A stretch of 63,973 nt of DNA, the filler included, from Chiloscyllium plagiosum (lineage: Eukaryota): assembly GCF_004010195.1 (NCBI RefSeq). It is 3 parts of one record of this genome, joined end to end, with 100 filler letters (N's around TTAATTAATTAA, not from the genome) between each part and the next. Parts side by side here need not be neighbours in the genome. Positions count along the whole stretch, not along the records: positions 1 to 29,139 come from NC_057714.1; 2 more parts are not named here. One strand, 5' to 3'. The position numbers were made by a program, and so were the translations under genes. Below the pieces are notes generated by a model. It searched no databases and was not told where the DNA came from. It saw only the letters and a program-made list of their open reading frames with translations. Positions 13,550-25,720 of the stretch are shown piece by piece. Positions within the stretch are counted from its first letter, which is position 1; each line of letters starts with the position of its first letter.

Positions 13550-13734
13550 CTCGAACTCAGCACCGCCTTCCTAACCTGCAATCATCTTCCTGACCTCTCC
13601 GCCCCCACCCCACTCCGGCCTATCACCCTCACCTTGACCTCCCTCCACCTATCGCATTTCAAAAGCCCCTCCCCAGTCCCTCCTCCCTACCTTACATTTT
13701 CAGCTCTGATCTCCAGCATCTGCAGCCCTCACTT
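13550..13734 (+). mobile_element. PLE terminal-repeat fragment with internal deletion and 12-bp TSD
   Basis: Matches 15826-15970 and the tctgatctccagcatctgcag end; TSD tgactcctattc at 13538-13549 and 13735-13746. Confidence 0.85.
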
Positions 13735-14289
13735 TGACTCCTATTCATCTCCACCTGCCTGAATCAAGAAGCAAGATGAAAATATCCAAATCTCTTTCTC
13801 TCAGGTTGAGTTTAAGGAGCCTAGATTTTCCTCTACTCTGCACTCCCACCTTGCAAGTGTACTTTCAGGGTTGAGCCACATGCAGTGAGATTTGGCAGAA
13901 GGTCAAAAGCATAGTCAGTTAAGATTAAACAGCACCTTAAGGGAGGAATACAAGAAAAAGATGTCTCAAAGTTTGAAACACACATTCTGAAGTTTTAAGC
14001 CTAATCACCCAAAGATACAACCACCAATGGTGGAACAATTAAAATCAGAAATGCTGAAGGGATCAGAATTGAGTGAGTGGAGTTTATTACAGAAATAAGG
14101 AAGGGTGATATAATGGAGAGATATAGACATAAGGAAATTAATGTGAAAATTCAGATAGTACTTTAATGGCAGCAAATGTGGACCAGCCAGTACAGGGATG
14201 CAGGGTGAATGCATGTGTGTGTGTTAGGTTAGCTTTAGTCTCACAGGTAATTCTGCACTTTTTACTTCATTTTTGTTCAGGTCACTCTG

Positions 14290-14400
14290 CTACGTCAGAA
14301 TTGCCAACTGCACTTAACTTCCAGAACAACAATGACTACAATCCAACAGCAATTAATTGGCTGTGGAGCAGTTAGGGATATCCTGAGGATGTGAGAGGTC
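14290..14400 (+). mobile_element. Deu-domain SINE (SacSINE1/AmnSINE1-like) 3' remnant
   Basis: acaacaatgactaca...attggctgtggagcagttagggatatcctgagg resembles the DeuSINE 3' region as recalled. Confidence 0.5.
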
Positions 14401-14924
14401 CAAAAAACACCATTGCGCTAAAAGAAGGATTTTTTTGACAATGACCAGCAATTTAATTGAAAACATGCAAGTTGACAGATGAAATCATCTTTTGGAACTG
14501 GCAAGTCATTCGCAAGTGTAGCACAATGACTTGTTAGCCAGAATGCTAATATGCTAGCAAGGAGGTGTTTCAATGGTAAATTAATTCGAATAGAGTTCAG
14601 ATTGAGCTTGGATATTTTGATTGGAGGAGTAAAGAATTGCTCATTCTCACTCTCTCATGCAAACTCCTATTGTGGCAAGAGTTTGCATGTGACTTTCTTT
14701 ATTCTTTCCACCAAACCAACACAGCAAACCATTGGCTGCAAATTCATGCATTTTTGATGGTCAGGATCAATGTTTCACTTCTCATGGTATGTCTGTGTGT
14801 ATACCAAGTTTAAGATCCATATGAGGTGCTGGGCAGGATCAGAGAATTGTTTTTTTTTTAGATAATTGAGGGAAACTCCTGAATCATAAAGGCAAGGCTT
14901 GCTTATAGAAAACCTCCACAGCTG

Positions 14925-14998
14925 GATGTGCATGTGTGTGCGTGTGCATGTGTGTGCGTGTGCATGTGTGTGTGTGTGTACATGTTTGTGTATATGTA
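14925..14998. repeat. Imperfect (TG)n microsatellite
   Basis: gtgcatgtgtgtgcgtgtgcatgtgtgt... Confidence 0.9.
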
Positions 14999-15283
14999 TA
15001 CATCCTTTTTGGAAATGACAGCTGGAGATCTGGTGATTGCCCTAGGTCTCTTTGGATGGCATGCCACATCTTGTACCATCCAGGCTCTTGATAGGTCAAC
15101 TGCACGTTCTCCCAGCCCCCACACCCCCCACCCCAGGACCAAGGCCTCTTTTACCAAATGATGCCACTCTGGTCCCAGTGCCACCCCCAGACTGCATCAC
15201 TGAACTTTTTCCTTAGAGACCTGTTCTAGACTCAGAAGTGGTCATGCTCCCAGTGACACTGCTGACTCAAGACAAATGCTTCT

Positions 15284-16092
15284 AGGAGAAAGTGAGGACT
15301 GCAGATGCTGGAGATCAGAGCTGAAAATGTGTTGCTGGAAAAGCGCAGCGGGTCAGGCAGCATCCAAGGAGCAGAAGAATCGAGCATGAGCCCTTCTTCA
15401 GGAATGAGGAGAGTGTGCCAAGCAGGCTAAGATAAAAGGTAGGGAGCTGCGGCTTGGGGGAGGGGCGTTGGAAATGCGATAGGTCGAAGGAGGTTAAGGT
15501 GAGGGTGATAGGCCAGAGTGGGGGTGGGGGCAGAGNNNNNNNNNNNNNNNNNNNNNNNNNNNNNNNNNNNNNNNNNNNNNNNNNNNNNNNNNNNNNNNNN
15601 NNNNNNNNNNNNNNNNNNNNNNNNNNNNNNNNNNNNNNNNNNNNNNNNNNNNNNNNNNNNNNNNNNNNNNNNNNNNNNNNNNNNNNNNNNNNGACCACAA
15701 CAATACGACGGTTGGAGGAAGAGCGCCTCATCTTCCGCCTAGGACCCCTCCAACCACAAGGGATGAACTCGGATTTCACCAGTTTCCTCATTTCCCCTCC
15801 CCCCACCTTGTCTCAGTCCCAACCCCCGAACTCAGCACCGCCTTCCTAACCTGCAACCTTCTTCCTGACCTCTCTGCACCCACCCCCACTCCGACCTATC
15901 ACCCTTACCTTAACCTCCTTCCACCTATCGCATTTCCAATGCCCCTGCCCCAAGCCCCTCCTCCCTACCTTTTTTCTTATCCTGCTTGGCACACTCTCCT
16001 CATTCCTGAAGAAGGGCTCATGCCCAAAACGTCGATTCTCCTGCTCCTTGGGTGCTGCCTGACCTGTTGTGCTTTTCCAGCACCACACTCTT
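15284..16092. mobile_element. PLE (Neptune-like) 3' end with inverted terminal repeats around a gap
   Basis: 15284-15535 is antisense to about 15870-16090; RRLEEERLIFRLGPLQPQGMN.DF is the GIY-YIG C-terminus; hammerhead-like ctgaagaagggctcatgcccaaaacgtc at 16006-16033. Confidence 0.9.
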
Positions 16093-17229
16093 GGCACAGA
16101 CATAACAATGGCCTATTTCTGCGTTGTAAGTTCAAAATAGTATTATTTCCTGCACCACAATGAAATATGCAACAAATGCTAAAAAATCGTTCAAAGTACA
16201 GTAAGTTGTGAAAGACGATAAAATGTGCTGGAGGGATGAGAAGTAAATGGACTTTCATTGTTCTTGAGATCTCTTATAATCTTATGTTCTAAATGCTCCT
16301 TTGGATGAAGACAGGAAAGAAAATATTTTTATAATGCATCGGGACTAAATGCATTATCTGAAACTGATGGAGAGAAACTGCAATCAAGGAGTCAGGATTG
16401 AAAATTGATGGTCGGCATTCTAACATGATATCGCGTGCAATTCAAGTTGCCAAGAAATTTCAAATGCTACAAAACAAGAATTGGCTGTGAGAGCCTTCAA
16501 ATCATTGCTTTAAACAGAGAAGGGGTTGTTGCACTTTGCATTGGGTTGCTGGGCCGCATAGATTGTATAAGATAATGGCTTATTAAGGCTGAATAAGTAA
16601 CTGCTGCTTTTTGTCTTTGAGAGCCTGTCAATGAAGATCTCTGCTGGGAATCCCAACTAATGTCATTTCCAGTACTCCAGACTGGCATCCTGAGTAACTG
16701 CTATGTCAACAGACTCCTCAACCAATTCTTTCAGGAATGAGCTACATTGAGCTGTAACTGAAATATGTGGAGCAGATGTTCAGTTTTCCAACAGCCAGAA
16801 CGACACAACTGCTGACTGATTTTGGACAGCATCCAAGAAATAATACACAAACGTTTAACCATTGACTGAGACAGACTGCTGCTGACTATACAGCACAATA
16901 TGGAATATCTGCTGTAAATAAAGATGATCCTCATAAATCACACAGATGTAGGTGAAACTTCATCAAAGTTCAAAATAAAACATCAGTTTAACCTGACTTG
17001 GTCTCCAGGAAGGCTCATTGAGTCAGAAATTTTAAACCAATAGCTGACTGGGATTAGAATTTTGAGTCAGTATTACTCATAGAGGAAGAAATAAATTTTG
17101 AGATACTGTGATTGCTTTATTTTATTTCTTTATATTTTGTTTTCCTCAATTTCAGCTCTTAGAAGCCTGAGGGCTGAATTTTACCAGAAATTGGTGAGGT
17201 GTCATCTTGGTTAGTTTCTTCAAGGGTTT

Positions 17230-17256
17230 TCTCTCTCTCTCTCTCTCTCTCTCTCT
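17230..17256. repeat. (CT)n microsatellite
   Basis: Perfect ct run. Confidence 0.95.
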
Positions 17257-17489
17257 TGCAGGTGTTCTCACGTTATCTTCTACAGCTCATCTCATCAGCA
17301 ATGTGACCTGCCTCTGTGGCACCTGGATCACAGCAGTCAAGGCAGTAGTCGCCACTGGAGAGATCTCCTGAGACTGCCAAAGCTAGTGCTATTGTAAAAG
17401 CCCAGTCGTACACCAAATCACATGCTCCCAGCCAGCAGCTGTCCTTCACACAGCATGTCGGACGAGGGAAATGAGAAAAGGAACACTTC

Positions 17490-17667
17490 TGAATTGAATT
17501 GAATTAAATTTATTGTCATATGGACGAGGCACAGCGAAAAACGTTGTCTTGTGAGCAATACAGGCAGATCACACAGTTAAATATCATAGATAAGTAAATA
17601 ATAGGTAAACAGTGCAAAAACCAAAACACAGGTACAGATGAATGCTAAGAGTTTGTGAGTCCATTCT
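17490..17667 (-). mobile_element. Rex1/Babar-like LINE 3' tail
   Basis: (tgaat)n tail then tttattgtca...cagcgaaaa, homologous to 8120-8310. Confidence 0.6.
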
Positions 17668-17885
17668 GAAAGAACATAGCTGGCACAGCGGATTGTTCAT
17701 TTTGCCTACCAGAGCACATTCATAAATGTATTACTATTTAAGAACTGACCTAGATTGCTTACTTGTCCTTAGCAGTATTCAACCTTAGATCCTTGTGTCA
17801 GAGAAGCTACTCTTTCTCTTATTCCCAATGTAGCTTCACATCTTATTGTTCAATGTGGGATTATCACATATTGGAAATCTCAAAT

Positions 17886-18100
17886 GAAAGCTGAAAGAAC
17901 TGTGGATGCTATAAATCAGAGACAAAAACTGAAATTGCTGGACATGCTCAGCAGGTCTGGCAGCATCTGTGGAGAGAAATCAGAATTAATGTTCCAGAAT
18001 CCATTCTGAGGAAGGGTCACTCAACCTGAAATGCTAACTCTGATCTCTCTTCATAGATGCTGTCAGACCTGCTGAGCTTTTCCAGCAATTTCTATCTTTA
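17886..18100. mobile_element. Hairpin PLE terminal-repeat element with hammerhead motif
   Basis: aattgctgga...ctcagcaggtctggcagcatct versus agatgctgtcagacctgctgag...tccagcaatt inverted; ctgaggaagggtcactcaacctgaaa at 18006-18031. Confidence 0.75.
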
Positions 18101-18142
18101 TCTTGGAAAGCTTAAAGATGGTTAAAAATATTGGCCAATCTG

Positions 18143-18500
18143 TCACTGGATTAGTAATCCAGCTCACCTCTCCCCCGCTCCCCCCGCCCCCCCAAAAAAG
18201 CAGGAGTCTGAGAATATGAGTTTGAATCCCATGGATTTGAATTCAATTTTTAAAAATCTTGAATAAAAACACTGTCCCAGTGGCAAGCATGTCAGCTGAT
18301 TGTTGGAAAACCCATCTGATTCCCTGATTTCCTGTAGGAAAAGAAATTTGCTATTCTCATCTGGTCTGGCCAACATGTGACCCCAGAACCACAGCAAGGT
18401 GTTTGACTCTTAAATACCCTCTGGGCAACAACAGATGGGTAATAAATGTTGGCCCAACCAGCAAAGGCCACATACCCTGAACGGACAGAAATTTAAAAAT
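18143..18500 (+). mobile_element. tRNA-derived shark SINE (second family)
   Basis: tcactggattagtaatccag head, gagtttgaatccc B-box, ctggtctggcc..catgtgac.ccag core and gatgggtaataaatg tail; other copies at 25730-25900, 47420-47850, 53770-53910 and 54600-54950. Confidence 0.75.
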
Positions 18501-18599
18501 ATTCAGTAGTAGCAAAAGACAATGAAAAAGAAAAAGCTGCATTTTTTTCTGGGAACAGGCAGATATCGCTTGCCTTTTGAGAAACAATAAATTTACAGT

Positions 18600-19130
18600 C
18601 AATGAGTGATCTAGTGGAAGTGGGTGTCCATTGTGCAGTGCTCTATGATCCTGAAGGTGAAGTTCTTCTTACTCGGTGTCCTCACTTTCCTCCTCAAAGG
18701 ACTGCTGCTGCTCTCCCAGCTATTCAGAGTCTCTCCCATGCCCTGTGCAGAACACACCATGCTAGAATGATGCTGCACTTTCTGGAGTATATTGCACACC
18801 CGGCCAATCAGATCCAAGCACTGCAAATGCATTTTCAGCTGACCTATTGTTTGCTCCATGTTGGCCCTGATTGAAGAATGGTAGCCAATGTACATTTGGC
18901 CTCAGTCGGGGGTTGCATTATGGAGACATCAGTTGTTGCAGAGGGTAGTCCTGGTCTCCCAGTAACTATCCTTATGGGGTATCTTGAAATAAAGAATGAA
19001 GATGGAAAGTCTCAGGGATAAAGGCATTGTGGCAGCTCTCAGGGTACCCTGGTGCGGGTGTCTAAGATGTGATACTGTTGGTCACTGATGACTTGTACAT
19101 TGATGGAAGTGCAAAGTTTTCTATGAATAG
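18600..19130 (-). mobile_element. PIF/Harbinger transposase (HARBI1/DDE_Tnp_4-like) remnant
   Basis: Minus-strand pieces in the expected order: TSINVQVISD, YPESCHNAFI (YPGS.HD), LLGDQDYPL..LMSP, H...RANMEQTIGQLKMHLQCLD; frameshifted. Confidence 0.8.
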
Positions 19131-21139
19131 AACTAACTGTGTTATGATATAATATGATATGATATAATATATAATGTCAGCACAACTGCAAACACTGTCA
19201 GAGGTTGTAAGTGCTATATCATTACAGATTCCCTTTCTCCCAGACCCAACTCCGCATCACCCAAGAAAGCTAGCATTACATAGAGGATAATGTTTATTCA
19301 AGCTGAAAAGATATCAGTTCCGTGCTACTGTGCAGCCGATGAAATTTTAGATTGTCATTGTGAGTTGTGGACTGTCTGTGATTACTTCTGCTCCTGTAAG
19401 CTGTAATTGACAGTTACATGATCAAGATTGCTTGTAACCAGCATTTTGTTCCAACACAGTTGGACACTGCATGCATTTCCCATACAGGATACAGTGAACA
19501 CTTCAATCTGTACTGCAGAAGGGCCTGATTAATGCATTTGCCCTTGAAGGGCCTCACATTACTCATAAATAGTGACAAGGAGTTCACAAAGAAAATAAAC
19601 ACTGACTTCATCCACTCTTGTGTGGCTGCAACTATTTTCTGTTTTCCAATTCACATGTGTATGGAAGGCACGTCACAGGCTCAACCTAAACAAGGGTCCC
19701 CTGACCCTTCATATTCCTTTCTGCCTGGCACTTACTGTTCAGCCCAACAGTACTGAGAATTTCCACACACTTCTTGGAATTACAACTTTATCTGCCAGCA
19801 TGACCCCCTGAGCCCTGGCCCTACAGCTTAGCTATGCTCCTCATGCTGCTCTAATCCCCACTAAGGCCAGAGTGATAGTGACCATTGACAGCTCCTCTTC
19901 CACGCTAACCCATGTACTCCAATACACTACTGTCTTCCCCCCAATATATATTGAGATGATGCCTTTCACAATTATTGTCCCCTCTCTATTCCAGCACTTT
20001 CCATCCAATCCTGAAAACGGATGTCCCCACCTTCCGTTCCACATCTGTGGCTTTTTAAAATTCCTCTTGTCTTTCAATTAGCTGACACCGAGGCCAGGCT
20101 GTAGCTCATCCACTGACTGACTTAGACAGACAGCCCAGGCTGATAAGTGGACCAGGCCCCTGACTGATCTCTGTGCAGCTCCCTGACTGACTTACTGTGA
20201 CTCCCTGCACTCGCTGCACTGGATCTGCAGGCCAACAGTGGCCCACTCCTCAGACTGTAATGATATTAGCTTCCCTGCTGAGCGCGACTGACCCAAGTGG
20301 CCACTTGACCATGCCCAAGCTCCTAAACTGAAATCAGATGCTGCCTTTGACTAACTATGTTGGGAGCCATGACTGAAGGCTGTTGGCGTTGACTTGATCG
20401 AACATTCCACCCCTTAGACTTTGAGAGATGGCCATTTTGTGAAGCACATATGGTGGGTTTGCCGTATAGGCTCCTGGTACATGATGTAGGTGTGATACTA
20501 ATAGAGCACACAGTGCCATACAGCAACATGTTCTCTCCTTGATTAATCACAGCCATGACAAGCTCCTTTGCTTTATGTCTGTGCTAAATGGTGAGGTGAG
20601 ATAATAAGACTTTAAGTTCTAACCAAGGGGGAAAAGCGGAAAAAAGCAAGGCAAGGCAGAAATACTGTGAGTATCCAAATAAAGAGACCAAGTGAGAAGC
20701 ACTGATTTGTGCTTTGCAGTGGACCAAAGGGAGTCAGGAGATGAGATAATTGCTGTAGGATTCCTCACCTCTGACCTACCCTCATAGCCACAGCACTTGT
20801 ATAACTCGTTATTTGGTTAATGGTATCTAATTCCATATCTTATCCTTCCGCCTCTATTACAGTGCTCTCCTCCAAATCTGCCTTGGCCCATTTGCTACTG
20901 AAACCATCATTCAGGCATTTATCATCTCCAGGCTTGACTAATTTAAGTGCTGTCTGATTCAATAGGACAGAACTTTCAAGGACGCAGAGAGGTATGTGGG
21001 GATCTGGGAGTACCTGAAAATTCCAGGGGAATCCTGTCAGACAACCTCAATGACACCTTCCTGCCTCACAAGAACCTCCAGGAGGCAGGGTGATGGCGGA
21101 TCTTGATACCCGACCAGCGGTAGCATGAAGCCCATAACC

Positions 21140-22425
21140 TACACTTCACCATTCCCCTCAGCCTGCTAGTGTGCTACCGACTCCTTCCTCTCAGAACATT
21201 AACTTGCACCCCATTCTCCTCAGCCCATTAACCTATACTCCCCAACCCNNNNNNNNNNNNNNNNNNNNNNNNNNNNNNNNNNNNNNNNNNNNNNNNNNNN
21301 NNNNNNNNNNNNNNNNNNNNNNNNNNNNNNNNNNNNNNNNNNNNNNNNNNNNNNNNNNNNNNNNNNNNNNNNNNNNNNNNNNNNNNNNNNNNNNNNNNNN
21401 NNNNNNNNNNNNNNNNNNNNNNNNNNNNNNNNNNNNNNNNNNNNNNNNNNNNNNNNNNNNNNNNNNNNNNNNNNNNNNNNNNNNNNNNNNNNNNNNNNNN
21501 NNNNNNNNNNNNNNNNNNNNNNNNNNNNNNNNNNNNNNNNNNNNNNNNNNNNNNNNNNNNNNNNNNNNNNNNNNNNNNNNNNNNNNNNNNNNNNNNNNNN
21601 NNNNNNNNNNNNNNNNNNNNNNNNNNNNNNNNNNNNNNNNNNNNNNNNNNNNNNNNNNNNNNNNNNNNNNNNNNNNNNNNNNNNNNNNNNNNNNNNNNNN
21701 NNNNNNNNNNNNNNNNNNNNNNNNNNNNNNNNNNNNNNNNNNNNNNNNNNNNNNNNNNNNNNNNNNNNNNNNNNNNNNNNNNNNNNNNNNNNNNNNNNNN
21801 NNNNNNNNNNNNNNNNNNNNNNNNNNNNNNNNNNNNNNNNNNNNNNNNNNNNNNNNNNNNNNNNNNNNNNNNNNNNNNNNNNNNNNNNNNNNNNNNNNNN
21901 NNNNNNNNNNNNNNNNNNNNNNNNNNNNNNNNNNNNNNNNNNNNNNNNNNNNNNNNNNNNNNNNNNNNNNNNNNNNNNNNNNNNNNNNNNNNNNNNNNNN
22001 NNNNNNNNNNNNNNNNNNNNNNNNNNNNNNNNNNNNNNNNNNNNNNNNNNNNNNNNNNNNNNNNNNNNNNNNNNNNNNNNNNNNNNNNNNNNNNNNNNNN
22101 NNNNNNNNNNNNNNNNNNNNNNNNNNNNNNNNNNNNNNNNNNNNNNNNNNNNNNNNNNNNNNNNNNNNNNNNNNNNNNNNNNNNNNNNNNNNNNNNNNNN
22201 NNNNNNNNNNNNNNNNNNNNNNNNNNNNNNNNNNNNNNNNNNNNCCATTAACGTGCACACCTCCATTCCCCCTCAGTCCATTAATCTGCACTCACTCATC
22301 CCCCTCAGTCCATTAACTCGCATCCCACCATCAGCCTCAGTCCAATAACCTTCCACCCCATCACCCTCAGTCCATTAATCCGCAAACCCCATCCCCCTCA
22401 GTCCATTAACCTTGCACCTCACCGC
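21140..22425. repeat. About 31-bp minisatellite spanning a 1-kb gap
   Basis: Unit approximately cccctcagtccattaac(c)tgcacccca(t) on both sides of N21249-22244. Confidence 0.85.
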
Positions 22426-23825
22426 TTCACTGCACCCCCCCACCCCCCACCAATGGAAATGGCACTGTGCACATAAACAGCAAGTGCAGCATTGCCCAAC
22501 AATTCTAACAGTGTGTGGGAAGGAATATTTGATGCTGCTTCCTCATTCCTGTCCAACAGCTACATGTTGTAACTCTCCTTATATGCCCCACTTATGGTTG
22601 ATGACCAGGAATCCATGCTTCCAACATACTTCCACAGCACCCACCTTTAACGATGTGGTCACCACCTTCTCAGTGCAAACCGAGTGACGTCCCATTGCCT
22701 CTTCAGACTTAGAAGCCGCACGCTGTCTTAAATTGGGGTTCAAAGAGGACGCCCCAGTAGTCACCTCCTCTAAATCTTCATTTGGCTTCTGCCAACATTT
22801 TCGCATTTCGCCTGACAGCGATTCGGGATTCCACTCATTCCTTCTATTGCAACACTGTTACTTTGTGCCCATAACCGAAGAAAATGTCAATAGGATTTAA
22901 CTTTCCATTTAAAGGGCCCAGAAAATTTAAAATGCTTGTGAACTACTAACCCTGTCGTTCTCTGCTGTTTCACCGCCTCAGCTTGTAAATCTGCTGCTAG
23001 TGGGAGGCACATGGATGCTTTATTGGTTTTGACAGTGCGTAATACTCTTGTTCTGCATTATGGATTTTCTATCCCCCTGCCCACAAGTCCAACAGTTCTT
23101 GAAAGGTTATTGATTTATAACCCATCAGAGAGAGAGAGAGAGAGTGGAGAGAGATGCTGCATCAAGTGCTTTCCTCAGCTTTCAAAATTCTAATCTGCAT
23201 GGGTTTTAATAGATCATTGTGCTTTTTCTTCTTTCCATGACACATACATAACTGTATAGCAGAACACTGAAGAATTTTTCAAGAGCTTGGTAAATGACAA
23301 AATTAAGCATGCGTTTAACACTTCTTAGCTTCATGCTGGCACAAAAGCAATTTTCACTTCACACTATTGCAAAATGGCTGGTTTAAATCCTGATTCAGGG
23401 TTGTGACTGCCTCCAGAGTGAAGCAGAGTAAGACTCCCTTGAGAGAATAATTTCACACAGCTAAATGAAATTGATATTCCATGCTGGAATATAAATCCAA
23501 TGCTGTGCCACTCTGTTGAACTCTGAAACATACTGTAAACCTAAATGGTCTTAAATTAATGTCTGGAGAGAGGTGTTCTCCGATTCTAGTGCTCAGAATA
23601 TTAAAATTTCTAACGATTAGGTAAAGCTCTGCTTGTGCAAGTATTCAGGCATGTACAAATCTCTTATCTAAATGGACCAGTTAAGTTAGTAGGCTGGCAG
23701 GAGGAAAACAGTTGAAAGAAAGAAAGACATAGATTCGCGTGTCCAGCTCGTGTCTTTAGCTCGAAATTTACGAGCTGGAGACTGAACGACAAACATTATG
23801 ACCATCTCTATGATTCTATGACATC

Positions 23826-24007
23826 AGGTTAGATGGATTGGCCATGCTAAATTATCCGTTATGTCCAGGGATGTGCTGGCTAGGTAGATTCACTAAGGGA
23901 AATGCAGGGTTACAGGTATAGTGTGGGTCTGGGTGGAATGTTTGAAGGGTAGGTATGAGCTTGAGGGGCCAAATGGCCTACTTCCACCCTGTAGGGATTC
24001 TATGATT
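23826..24007 (+). mobile_element. HE1-type SINE, 3' half
   Basis: aggttagatggattggccatgctaaatt...tgtagggattctatgatt. Confidence 0.75.
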
Positions 24008-24129
24008 ATATTATCAGGCTGGGATAGAATTATCTGGACAATTTACTCCAAGAAGAGGTCATATCCCTTTGGACAGACTTGTCAGATTTACACAGAGGCA
24101 GGGCAGGAGTGTTAGTCTTTTCAACAATC

Positions 24130-25720
24130 CAAAAGGTTTGAGATTCTTCCAGCTTGTTCAGATGATAGTGAGAGCGATAGGGTGGATGAGTTAACTGTTC
24201 ATGGCGCCATGGTATAGGGAACCATTCAAGTGAGGGGGAGGGGGAGAATAAGACATTGTGGGAGTGGAGGGCAGTACAGTGAGGAGCATGGGCACAGTTC
24301 TCAGTTGCAAAGGACGAGAGATGTGATGCCTGGGTTGTCTGTTCAGTGCCATTGCGTTTGAGATATCGGCCAAGAATTGGAGAGGAACTTACAGTGGGCA
24401 TCATGATCCATATATGTACCAATGACATAGGCAGAATAAGCAAAGAGGTTTTGCATAGTTAGTATGAGGAGCTACATACCAAATGAAGAAGCACTACAAT
24501 CTTTGGGTTATTACCTGAGCCATATGTAAACTGAAGTAAGGTAAATAAGATTAAAGAAACAAATGGAAGATTCAACAATTGATGAGGGAGAAGTGAGTTT
24601 GCAGAGCACTGGCATGAGTACTGGGGAAAATAGGATTTGTATCATTGGGATGGTTTACACCTGAACTGTGATGGGGGCCAATGTTTTGGCAAACTGCATA
24701 ACTAGGGAAGTAGAAAGTGTTTTCAATGAAATCATGGTAGCAAAAGATCACATTAGAAAAGAATTGATAAATAAATAAGTGGACAAAAGAGAAGAGAGGA
24801 ATGTATTTGTATGGACAAGGTTAAATGGGAAGAGACAGAGAGGACAAATCTAATAGTAAATCAACAGAAAAGGCTAGAGGTTACAATTATGTTGTTCTTA
24901 TCTAAATGTTGAAATAATCCAGATGAACTGATAATACAAATAGAAACAAATAAGTATAATCTGACAGCCTTTACAAGAAAAGGACTGCACAATGATGTAG
25001 GTTGGAACTTGAATATTGAACGATACATGACATTTAGGAAGGACAGAGGGGAGGAAAGGGTGGTGGGAATGTGCTGTAAATGTATCATGGTGCTAAAACA
25101 AGTGAGAGAGTTGATATAAATTTACGTTTGGCACAGTGGTTAGCACTGCTGCATCACAGCACCAGGGACCCAGTTTGAATTCCAGTTTTGGGTGACTGTG
25201 TGTAATTTACATGTTCTCCCCATGTCTGCATGAGCTTCAGCCAAGTTCTCTGGTTTCCTCCCAAAATGTGCAGGTTAAATGGATCGGCAATGCTACATTA
25301 CCCATAGTGTCCAGGGATATGCAGGTTAGGTGGATTAACCATGGGGAAATAAGGGATTATGGGAATCAGGTGGGGGTGGTTTTCAGAGCATCAGTGCAGG
25401 CTTCCTCGACTGAATGGCCTCTTTCTGCACTATAGGGATTCTGTGATTCTAAGATGAGAAATGATAATGCATGAAGTCACTTGTGGGACAAATGTATAGG
25501 CTTTCTTCACAGTATCCAAATTGAAGCATGGGATATAACAGAAGAAAGAGATGGAACTTGTCAGAAAAGTACTATGATAATTATGACAAATTTTAACCTA
25601 CATAGAGTGTGTAAGTGAGGAAATTAGCTTGCTTGGAAGTTCATACAATGTTTTCAGTATCATTTCTTAGACCAACATATTCTGAAGACAGCAAAGCTCA
25701 GGAACAAAATGCTAGGCTAA
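24130..25720 (+). mobile_element. Decayed CR1 5' region (ORF1 SGNH esterase and ORF2 start) with nested HE1
   Basis: atccatatatgtaccaatgacatagg (HI.TNDIG), gatggtttacacctgaac (DGLHLN), then endonuclease-type sequence near 24960-25070. Confidence 0.65.
25129..25451 (+). mobile_element. HE1-type V-SINE, decayed
   Basis: tggcacagtggttagcactgctgc head and tagggattctgtgattct tail. Confidence 0.85.

Noticed and set aside
16440..16960. Repeat-free region with short ORFs
   Set aside because: No recognisable protein motif or consistent splice pair; cannot be supported as coding.
21171..22316. ORFs of about 350-380 aa, and similar ones at 15315-15849 and 38514-39624
   Set aside because: Their length comes mostly from N-gaps.
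23742..23779. 10-bp inverted repeat tccagctcgt/acgagctgga in a CpG-rich patch
   Set aside because: Short and adjacent to LINE/SINE junction debris; nothing supports a function.
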